Source: Malassezia furfur (taxonomy: Eukaryota). From it: a DNA stretch of 33,578 nt. Made by a program: the position numbers and the translations under genes. The notes beneath the pieces were generated by a model that searched no databases, was not told where the DNA came from, and worked only from the letters and a program-made list of their open reading frames with translations. The DNA lies in assembly GCA_052055015.1 (NCBI GenBank), contig JBQJIT010000079.1. One strand, written 5' to 3'. This document shows, in pieces, positions 20,748-30,234 of this stretch (positions are counted from its first letter, which is position 1; the number at the start of each line of letters is the position of its first letter).

Positions 20748-21751
20748 ATGAGTAGGTTTCATGCGCTAATAGCAGTGGAAGAACTATCGTCCGGTTCCTC
20801 GGACTATGCGGCCTCGACCTGGATTGCGTGGTTCCTTTCTACCAAGGGCAATGAGTATTTTTGCGAGTTGGACGAGGACTACATCCTTGATCGTTTCAAC
20901 TTAACCGGTCTCAACACCGAGGTGCAGCACTACATGCACGCACTGGACCTGATCACGGACGCGCTAGGTACATTCAGCTTGCTCACACAGATGAACAACT
21001 CGACGATGATCAGCGCGAGCAAATCGAGACGCAGGCGCGGATCCTGTATGGCCTCATCCACGCCCGCTACATCATCACGACGCGCGGCTTGGCCAAGATG
21101 CTGGAAAAATACAAGCGCGCCGACTTCGGTCGCTGCCCGCGTGTGTTGTGCTACCAGCAACCCTTGCTTCCCGTGGGTTTATCGGACATTCCATTCCAGA
21201 GCCCCGTGAAGCTCTACTGCCCGCGCTGCGAGGACCTGTACAATCCCAAGAGCTCGCGGCATGGCTCGATTGACGGCGCCTTTTTTGGCACCACGTTCCC
21301 CCACATGCTATTCATGGTATACCCCCACATGGTCCCCGCGCGTACTTCGACGCACTCGGCGGCCATGCATCACGCGAGCCGCCAGACCTACGGTGGTGTG
21401 TCTGCGAACGTGCTGCACCAGCGTGCACTCGCTCTGGAGCAGAACAACTCGCTCACCGGCCCGCAGCAAAATTCGGACGACCCGGGCAGCGAGGTAGGAG
21501 CCGCAGACGGCCCCAGCGACACACGTGCCCAGGCGCATGTCGAGCCGGCGACGTCACGCGGCGCGATGGAAGCTGCTTCCCTGCCGAAACCGGTGGTGCC
21601 CGACGTGGAACGAGTTGTACCGCGCATCTTTGGCTTCCCCGTGCACGAGACGAGCCGACTCATGGCATGGCAGGGAAGACAGCAACAAAAGCAAGCCGTG
21701 CGCATCTCACGCTTCCAGCATCGTGCAGAGAGCCTACCCAAGCGACCATAG
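20748..21751 (+). CDS. CKB2: Casein kinase II regulatory (beta) subunit; exons 20748-20751, 20776-20967, 20991-21751
   Basis: [38 protein letters not shown] after removing intron 20968-20990, zinc finger FGRCPRVLC...KLYCPRC, and [13 protein letters not shown]. The CKB1 versus CKB2 paralog call is tentative. Confidence 0.92.
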
Positions 21752-21770
21752 TTACGCGTCACGATACTGC

Positions 21771-22367
21771 CTATTTTGTACTTGCACTCATTTCTCGTAC
21801 GGGAAGCCCCATCTGGCGCGTCTTTGCCGCCTCTTCCTCGCGCTGTTTGCCAATGTCCAGCAAAATGTCACGGTAACGCAGGTTGGACACGATTTCGTTC
21901 GCGCTTTGGAAGATGAGCTTACTCCAGCTCTGGTCAAAGCGGCCTGCTTCGCGAACAATCGCCATGACCTCCTTACGGATGTCATTGTCCATGGTCTCCA
22001 AGAGCACCGCCGCATCGTCGCCCACCGAGCCGCGCTCGAGCAGAGTCGCGAGGGCCTGCTTGTCCGAGCGCAGGTCATTCATGCTCTTAAGCACGTTTAC
22101 AGCGCGTGCTAAGAGCGCACCCTGCAGCGTCGCCCGCGGCACAACCCAGCCGCTATCGTCGGCGCCGCCGTCGGGGAATTCTTCCTGGACATCGGCCAAA
22201 GTATTGTAAATGGCGCGCTCCGCGTTCACCTCGTTTTTCGCATTCGATGCTTCTTGATATTCTTGCAGACGCCGTGTTTCTCTCCGACGATACACCTTAC
22301 TGAACGCCGCGAGCGCCGCGAACAGCGTCGCGATGTACGCGATCGGCACGAAGATGGACAGCGCCAT
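21771..22367 (-). CDS. SEC66: Sec62/63 translocation complex subunit Sec66
   Basis: N-terminal TM segment PIAYIATLFAALAAFSKVYRRR, then ERAIY, ALLARA, KQALATLLERGSVGDD and EA..F...W..LIFQSANE. Confidence 0.88.
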   Translation of the reverse strand: MALSIFVPIAYIATLFAALAAFSKVYRRRETRRLQEYQEASNAKNEVNAERAIYNTLADVQEEFPDGGADDSGWVVPRATLQGALLARAVNVLKSMNDLRSDKQALATLLERGSVGDDAAVLLETMDNDIRKEVMAIVREAGRFDQSWSKLIFQSANEIVSNLRYRDILLDIGKQREEEAAKTRQMGLPVREMSASTK

Positions 22368-22534
22368 GGCCGCGGTGGAGTGTGCGAATGGAGGTGCGCC
22401 CCTAAACCGCGGGCACCCTGCGGCATGTCACAAATTCCTAGTAGGTCTACATGTCAGGCGCTGGTCGGTACAGCGGGTCGGTTCCCCACTCGGTCGTGCT
22501 GTGGTGACCGGCCAACAGAAACGGCCCCGGAACC

Positions 22535-24866
22535 ATGAAGGGGCTCAAGAAGGCTATGGTACGTGTTTCCGCTGATACAGAACCTTTCTCGGACGAGAAA
22601 TAACGATGGAAACAGCAATACACCGAGCCGAAACTCGACGCCCTCGTCCGGCGGACCGGCACCGCCGTCCAAGGACAACATGTCACGCTCGTTCCTAGGC
22701 GGGCGCCCGTCCAGCGCGAGCTCTTCCGACTCGTCCTCTTCACGCGCGTCGCAGCAGACACAAGGCACGGGAAGCCGCATGCCCAGCCAGACACAGGCGC
22801 AGGGCGCATCGTCGGGACGCCGCTCCAGCGGACCGGCCCCTGCCCCGGGCCCCGGGCCGCCTTCGAGTGCATGGAATGCGCCACCTACGGCCGCGGGCAT
22901 GCCTGGTACCTCGAAAACGCCTGCAAGTGACCCAGATGCGCTGTCTGTGCCGGGCCACCGTGGCGCGCCGCCGGGCACGCCCAAACCCGCGGGCTTTCAT
23001 CTGAACGCAGGGGCGCCCAACCCCAATGCGCCTGCGAGCGGCACGGCACCGTCGGTGGCCTTGGCGCGAAACCGCGCGAATGTCCCGCAGACGGTGGCGC
23101 CGAAAGACACGATTCCGGTCACCAAGACGCCGCCGCGAAAACAACGCAGCAGTCGCATCCAGCCGAGTGAAAATGTAACGCTGGAGCCGTTGCCGTCGTT
23201 TTACGAGGTACCACCAGCGGAGCGCACCGACCTGTTCGTGCGCAAGCTGCGCCAATGCAGTGTGGTGTTTGATTTCAACGATGCGAGTCAGGAACTCCGC
23301 GGGAAGCACATCAAGGCGCAGGCGCTGCAGGAGATGTTTGAATACCTCACGACGCAGCGCGGCGCCATTACCGAACCCATCTATCCCGAGATGGTGCACA
23401 TGTTTGCCGCGAACCTGTTCCGAACGATCCCGCCGCAGTCCAATTCGTTCGAGGCATTCGATCCCGAGGAGGACGAGCCGGTACTGGAGCTTGCCTGGCC
23501 GCACCTCCAGGTGGTGTACGAGCTGTTCCTGCGCTTTGTCGAGAGCTCCGAGCTGAACATCAATATCGCCAAAAAGTACATTGACCAGTCCTTTGTCACA
23601 CAGCTGCTTGAGCTGTTCGACAGCGAGGACCCGCGGGAGCGTGACTTCCTCAAGACGATGCTGCACCGCATCTACGGCAAGTTTTTGAACCTGCGTGCGT
23701 TCATCCGCCGCTCGATCAACAACGTCTTTTTCCAGTTTGTCTACGAGACCGAGCGGCACAATGGAATTGCGGAGCTGCTTGAGATTCTCGGGTCAATCAT
23801 CAACGGCTTCGCCCTGCCTCTCAAGGAAGAGCACAAGGTGTTTTTGACGCGCGTGCTGCTTCCGTTGCACAAGGCCAAGAGCCTCGCGATGTACCACCCC
23901 CAGTTGGCTTACTGTGTGGTGCAATTCATCGAAAAGGACAGCATGCTCACGGAAGAGGTCATGCTCGGACTGCTGCGCTTCTGGCCCAAGACCAACTCGC
24001 AAAAGGAGGTCATGTTCTTGAACGAGGTCGAAGAGGTGCTGGACGTAATCGAGCCCCAAGACTTTGCCAAGATCCAGGTGCCGCTTTTCCAGCAGCTCGC
24101 ACGGTGCATTCAGAGCCAGCACTTCCAAGTCGCTGAACGCACGCTCTATTTCTGGAACAATGAGTACATTGTCAACCTGATGGGCGACAACATCCACGTC
24201 ATTCTGCCGATCGTATTCGACAGTCTGTACGACAACTCCAAGTCGCATTGGAACCCAACGATCCATACCCTGGTGTACAACGCGTTGAAGTTGTTTATGG
24301 AGATCAACCCGGCTTTCTTCGACCTGGTCTCTTCTGAAAATCAGCAGCAGCGTGCGACGCGCGAGCAAAAGGAGCAGTCGCGCGAACGCGCCTGGCAGCG
24401 CCTGCGCTCGTCAGCCGCGCGCAACTCGCGACGATACAACATGCCACCACCCAAGTCGCAGGGCAAGCTGGATCTCCCAACACTCGGTACTCAGCGCTCC
24501 GACGTGCGCGTCGGCGGCCATGAGATGGGCGCGGCGCAGACATCCGACACCCTGCCGTTCACGAGCACCCTGTCGGGCCTGGCACCGCCCGCCCTGAGCC
24601 TTGCGACCTCAACCTCCTACTTGCACAACCTGGGACCCGGCACCGAGGCGTCCAACACCGTGCCGCGGCTGGGCTCGCCGCCACCCAGCGCCTCGGAGCA
24701 CCCCCCAGATGAGCACGAACTGTCCCCCAACAGTACAGCAGGCACTTCATTCAATGGTGAATTTGAGGATGCCGAGAACGGGATCGACTTCCACGACCCC
24801 GCATTGTCGGCCTACCTCAACGATGCGCCCTTGATTGGACGCACAAACGAGCTGTCTCTTGTATAA
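22535..24866 (+). CDS. RTS1: PP2A regulatory subunit B' (B56); exons 22535-22558, 22581-24866
   Basis: [77 protein letters not shown] and HFQVAER. Micro-exon MKGLKKAM is joined by intron 22559-22580. Confidence 0.96.
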
Positions 24867-24970
24867 TCTAGCACATAGCCTGCTGTATACTATACATCGC
24901 TCGGACGAGCTGCATTGTGCCTGCTGCGCGGCAGGCATGTGAAAAGAAGGCGCAGGGGCGTATGGTACAG

Positions 24971-25418
24971 TTACTGCGCGGCGGCATTCGCGTGCTCGAT
25001 CGACCGCACGAGGTCATTCAGGTGCGTCTGGGCCTCGCTGGCCTCCTTCTCGAGGAACTGGGGTAAGTACCGAACACGTACGGTCTGCTTTTTCTGCAGC
25101 ATTTGGTTCTCCTCCAAAGCCTGTTGCTGCTTCTTTTTCAGGCCCATGGCAACATCCTCATACGACTCTTGCATGAACCTGTATAAGCGCACCACCACGC
25201 ACATTTTGCCCACGGCCTCGTACATGCGAGTGCCGCTGCCGAGTCCTTTGAGTTGCTCGAGCGTTAGCTCGTCCAGCTTTGCCTCGCGCTGCCGCGCATT
25301 CACCTGCGCCCGCACAATACTAAGCTGGCGCTGAGACTGTACCAGGCGCGTTTGCACCGTATTCAACAGCTGTGTGAGCAACAATTGCACGTACAACTGG
25401 CAGAGAGTCTTCGGACAT
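24971..25418 (-). CDS. PFD1: Prefoldin subunit 1; exons 25418-25395, 25369-25203, 25178-25082, 25057-24971
   Basis: Coiled-coil hairpin with REAKLDELTL and YEAVGKMF (formed on splicing 25179-25202), then KKQT|FLEK. Three 24-25 nt GT-AG introns. Confidence 0.88.
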
Positions 25419-25477
25419 GGCGATCGTCGTGGAGGTCGGCGTGCATATTTCCCCGCCGGTTTTCGGGTTTCTCCAGC

Positions 25478-26335
25478 ATGGCCAACCGCACAGGCACGCG
25501 GGTGGTGTTTGGTAGGTCGCGCACGCTTATGCAGTGGGGAACATCCCGTATGACATCTCTGAAGAGCAGTTGGTGAAAGTCTTCTCTGAGGTGGGACGCG
25601 TCGTGGCTTTCCGCCTGGTCAGCGACAAGGAGCAGGGCAAGTTCAAGGGATACGGCTTCTGTGAGTACGAAGATGCCGAAACCGCCGCGTCGGCGGTGCG
25701 CAACCTAAACGATGTCGAGGTTGGCGGGCGCCCGCTACGCCTCGACTTCGCTGAAATGGACCCCATGGCTGACGGAGGCCGGGATGCCAACAAAACGCCT
25801 GCGATGGCGCCATTCCCGGGGGGCCAACCACCGCCCCCGGGCGTCTCAGCGACCGACGCGATCACCCATACCATTGCAAGCCTGCCTCCCTATCAGCTGA
25901 TGGACATTTTGACGCAGATGAAGGCGCTCACCAATACGGCTCCTGAGCAAGCGCGGGCGCTGCTGCAAGGGAATCCACAGCTGGCCTACGCGGTGTTCCA
26001 TGCGATGCTGATGATGAACGTGGTGGATCCCGCGGTTGTACAGCGCGTACTGGGCGAGTCGGGTGCCGTACATGCACCCCCGGCGGTGCCGCCCACGCCC
26101 GCAGTACCTACTCCGCCCGTGGCACCTGCGCCGGTTAAGATGGAGGCGCGCAGCACACCCACTCCGGCACCGGCTCCCCCGCCCCAGCTCGACGAGCAAC
26201 AGCGAGTACGTTGCACACCCATTGACGCAGCAACTTTTGAACCAGGTCCTGCAACTCACCCCCGAGCAGATCAATGCGCTGCCGCCAGACCAACGGGCAA
26301 GCATTTTGCAGCTAAAAGCCCAGTTTGGACAATAG
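25478..26335 (+). CDS. RNA15: Cleavage stimulation factor 64 kDa subunit / Rna15; exons 25478-25511, 25535-26205, 26231-26335
   Basis: RRM VFVGNIPY...KGYGFCEY, hinge domain (TDAIT..IASLPP.QLMDILTQMK...LLQGNPQLAYA) and C-terminal QVLQLTPEQINALPPDQRASILQLK after intron 26206-26230. Confidence 0.94.
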
Positions 26336-26347
26336 ACATGTACATCG

Positions 26348-27961
26348 CTATAGACTAGGTCGTTGTACCGACTGTTGCTTGTGCGTGCGGAGCAGGTTGA
26401 AGCTGAGCGGGCGCAGCGTCAGGTTCTCCTTTTGGACGCGCGTCAGAGCCTCGTGTGCCGTGCGGTCCACCTCAGCGTACACCTCGTCCGGCGTGCCACT
26501 GGCGTCGAGACGCACCCACGCGCCGCCCGACTGCTGCACGAGATGCTCGACGTCCAAAAAGGTTTCGCGCACCACACGCTGGAACGCCTGCTTCTCGTAG
26601 CGTTCATCGCCGTAAGCACTGCGCGAGGCGGCCGTCGCCTCGTCAAGGTCCAAAAAGATAGTCACGTCGGGCATGGGAATACCCACGTCTGGGCTCAGGC
26701 ACCACGTCAGGTCGAGACCCTTGGCGCGCGAGTAGGCAATGCCCGAGAACGCGTAGCGATCGCACACTACCGACTGGCCAGTCGCGAGTGTCTGCATGAT
26801 CGAGTCAATCACCTCCCAGCGGTTCGCCGAGAAGAGCAGATGGATCGCTTCGTCGGGGATGTCGCTCGCATTGGTCAGGTACGCATTGATCATGCCACCA
26901 ATCTGGGTGGTACGGTCGGGGAACTTGACCAGGCGCGCGTGAAGAGCCTGGACCAGCCGGTCCACCTGGGTCGACTTCCCTGCACGGTCGAGGCCCTCGA
27001 CGACGATCAATGCGCCGCGTCCGCTCGGCGGCCCATGGTTCACCCACGCCGGGGCAGGCGGAAGAACCACCTCGGTGGCTTGGCACAGCGCCAACCAGCG
27101 CAATACACGGTCGATGAGGACCTCGCGATGCTTTCCGAGGTAGTTGTGATCACATCCCTCGAGCAAATTGAGCTGGACTGTGCCTGGCCGGCGCGTCGGT
27201 TGTGCAGTGATCACATTGACAAAGTCGGCAGAGTCGATCATGGGTACAATGGCGTCGGCCGTGCCGTGTGCAATGAACATTTGCACCGACGAAGGGACGC
27301 GTTTGACGAAGGCAGGCGTGGGGAATTCACAGCCATCGATAAAGTCCTGCCGCGTCATGCGTACTTTGCGCGGGCCATCGCGACCCGGAAACGTCATCTC
27401 ATAGAAGCCTTTCTCCTTGAACGAGGGTTCGACCTCTGGCAAGCGTTCATAGACGCGCTGCGATTAGCCAGGTGTACATACTCCCATCTCGAAACGACCA
27501 GAAAGCATGATCATCTGCGCCGGCGGCCGGCGGCTCGCCTGGGTCAAGTATTTGCCCACAAAGGTGTACCCGATGGCACAACCTTTGGAGTGGCACACCA
27601 TAAGCTTCACCACGTAGCCAAACCGCTGCTCGAGGTACTCGACAATGTGGTTGAGCTCGTCCGCGTACAGCTCGTACGCGCCGTTGGTCCATTCGCCGGG
27701 AGACTCGCCCTCGCCACGCTGATCAAAACGATAGGAGTCCATATCCAGTTTCTGCGCGAGCGGCTTGAACATGATGCCGTTCTTGTGCGAAGACATGCCA
27801 TGCACAAAGAGGGCCAGCGGCCGGCCCTCCGTATGGCTCCGCTCAAGCAAAGGCGCGTCGGCCCGGACGCCTTTTTGGATAAGGAGCCCCTTGTAGCGTG
27901 GATTGGGGATATCAGCCATCCCCGAATCCAAAAACGGCACGTCCACTACATGTTCCGCCAT
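26348..27961 (-). CDS. CDC8: Fusion protein: N-terminal alpha/beta-hydrolase plus C-terminal thymidylate kinase; exons 27961-27482, 27457-26348
   Basis: Kinase: RGALIVVEGLDRAGKSTQ, FPDRTTQIG, HLLFSANRWE, DRYAFSGIAYS, YGDERYE. Hydrolase: FVHG, FDQRGEGES, CHSKG, HGTADAIVP, GCDHNY. Intron 27458-27481 (GTATGT..CTAAT.CGCAG) joins the two ORF pieces in frame. Confidence 0.88.
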
Positions 27962-28028
27962 GGTGCCAAGACGCGTTGTGGTCCAGATGTGTCTCGCTCC
28001 ACGTGGCTTTCCTGCAACCGACACCGGC

Positions 28029-28841
28029 ATGGGCAGGAAGGCGGAGGTACAGCGCGTGGCGCTCGAGCGCTTGATGGGCCCCGAAGGTACGTGTATACTA
28101 TGTTAATGCAGTAATGGGGACCGCCGACAAGGACATGCACTTTACGGACCCCAAGGTATGCCGCAACTTCTTGTGCGGCACTTGCCCGCACGACTTGTTT
28201 AGCAATACGGTTCGTCGCGCGTGCTCTGACAAGCGCAGAAAATGGACCTGGGTCCATGTCCTCGGTCGCACCTCCCGCGCTATAAAGAGATGTACGATGC
28301 GGCTGTTGCCCGTGGGGAGACTTTCCCTCAGATCACGGCGGAACACGAGCGAAGTATCCACATGTTCATCACCGACATGGACCGCAAAATTGCCGCAAAC
28401 CGGCGACGTCTCGACCAAACGCCTGAGGAGATGGAACGGTCGAATGCGATTATGCGGGATATCAACGAGATTGGCGAGGCTATCACGGCTGCAGAAAACG
28501 AGATGGAAAAATTGGGAGAACAGGGCCAGGTCGAGGAGTCGCTCAAGGAGCTCGCCAAGGTCGATGCACTCAAAGCCGAGCGCAGTGAAAAGGAGAAGGA
28601 GTTCCAGGTGCTGCAAGAGAACAGTGGTGCAAGTGGTCACCAAAAACTACGTGTGTGTGATGTGTGTGGTGCCTACTTGTCCATTCTCGACTCGGACCGC
28701 CGCCTGGCGGACCATTTCAGCGGCAAGATGCACTTGGGATACTTACGGCTTCGTGAACTCCTCGTGGATTTTGAAAAGCGGAAACAGTCTGGTGGTGCGC
28801 CGCGCCAGGATACCTCGCGTCGTCGGAGTCGATCTCCATAG
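28029..28841 (+). CDS. LUC7: U1 snRNP-associated splicing factor Luc7; exons 28029-28086, 28112-28209, 28239-28841
   Basis: LERLMG, first zinc finger VCRNFLCGTCPHDLFSNT|KMDLGPCPRSH, second zinc finger QKLRVCDVCGAYLSILDSDRRLADHFSGKMHLGY, and a short RS tail. Confidence 0.95.
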
Positions 28842-28889
28842 TGCTCGTGCGATAATTGCGAAAGTGGAGTAATCGACCAGAAACGATCG

Positions 28890-30221
28890 ATGCCTGCGGG
28901 GTGGAAATCGTACGCTGACATTGTTCGTGTGAGGACCCAGGAGCTCTTTAGCAAGGCCTCTGAGAGCGGTGGAGCAAAGCCACGAGAGGGAGGGACAGCA
29001 TCATCACCTCCCCAACCGGCATTGACCGCCCAACCGGATGCGACCTTAACCAAACCTATCGAATCTGCTTCGACAACGCATGCGCCCTTCCCCGAAATTT
29101 CCGATACGAAACTCAAGAGCGTCTTTGCAAGCGTGACCCCCTCAGGCACGAGCCAAGCGGCATGTGTGCGTTCTGCTCTTCTGGAGATGGAGTGTATGTT
29201 GCGTATGTCTAACGCAGTGGCCTACCGCATGGACCCCTGCCTATTGAACCAGAAGAGCAACACGGTCGAGGGCTACTGGCTCCTCGCCGAACTGCTGCGC
29301 CGGGTGGCCGTCGATTCCAAAGACCCGTTACCCATGTTGACTGGCGGAGGTGATGAGACGTTGGGTGCGTCGAGCTCGAAGGGTGCGCAATGGCTCCCGA
29401 TGCGCTCCTCTCGCGCATATGAGCCGCACGATGTTTATGCTGCCGTTGAGCGTAAAGATGTTGACACGATCATGGCAATTCGTGACGCAAACTTTGCGCT
29501 GCTACTCGGTGGGGACGATGCCCGCACTCCACTGGAGTACGCCATCAGCTTGGGCCCTGCGTACGAACGCGTGAGCCTTTTTCTGGCGGGTGCTTTGTCT
29601 CGCTTCGTGAACAATTTGCCCGACGAGATGCAGAAGGCGGACCCTGAGACACTCGCGGTGCTGCGCAAGGTGCGCGCCAATCTGAAGCTTGCCATCGATC
29701 ACAGTCTTGGGCGTGAGCAGACCTCGATGGTCGCCTCCTATGTCCAGATTCTCGTCATGGCCGAAGGGCTGCAATGGGTGACGCAGTCGGCCCGGGCGAT
29801 AGCGTACGAGCTGCGGTCGCGTGCCTCGGCGGATCCGTACGCAACTTGCCCGACGCAAGTGGCGCAGGACATTGTGGGCCGCTTCCTCACACAGAACCTA
29901 CGCATGCGTCGCGATCGGGACCACTATGTGGTCGCGGCGATTGAAGACTACATCGCCAACGCTGCCTCGGACCTGGTTCTTCTGGCGCTATGGGACTGTG
30001 TCCGCGGCGCTGATGATCCGCTGCCCGACTACGCTTTTGCACGCGACGACCGACTTTCCGTGGCGTTTGTGAGCGCCGTGACGCGTGCGGAGCGCAAGGA
30101 CGAGCGGCGCCCGCAACGGATCTGGGTGCAGGCGCAGCGCGCGGCTGACGCGCTGCAAAGTGGATTACGAAGCCGGACGGCGCATGAGCGCCTTGCGTTA
30201 CTCGCACAGATTGTAGACTAA
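28890..30221 (+). CDS. Hypothetical helical protein with an ankyrin-like segment; probable in-frame intron 29194-29217
   Basis: A 443-codon ORF fills the gap between LUC7 and the last gene. VYAAVERKDV...TPLEYAISLG is ankyrin-like. Intron candidate GTATGT..CTAAC.GCAG. Confidence 0.75.
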   Translation: MPAGWKSYADIVRVRTQELFSKASESGGAKPREGGTASSPPQPALTAQPDATLTKPIESASTTHAPFPEISDTKLKSVFASVTPSGTSQAACVRSALLEMECMLRMSNAVAYRMDPCLLNQKSNTVEGYWLLAELLRRVAVDSKDPLPMLTGGGDETLGASSSKGAQWLPMRSSRAYEPHDVYAAVERKDVDTIMAIRDANFALLLGGDDARTPLEYAISLGPAYERVSLFLAGALSRFVNNLPDEMQKADPETLAVLRKVRANLKLAIDHSLGREQTSMVASYVQILVMAEGLQWVTQSARAIAYELRSRASADPYATCPTQVAQDIVGRFLTQNLRMRRDRDHYVVAAIEDYIANAASDLVLLALWDCVRGADDPLPDYAFARDDRLSVAFVSAVTRAERKDERRPQRIWVQAQRAADALQSGLRSRTAHERLALLAQIVD

Positions 30222-30234
30222 ACACGACGATTCT

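Noticed and set aside
26363..28114. 583-aa plus-strand ORF
   Set aside because: It is the antisense shadow of the hydrolase-CDC8 gene. GC-rich codon bias removes stops on the opposite strand, and it has no recognisable motifs.
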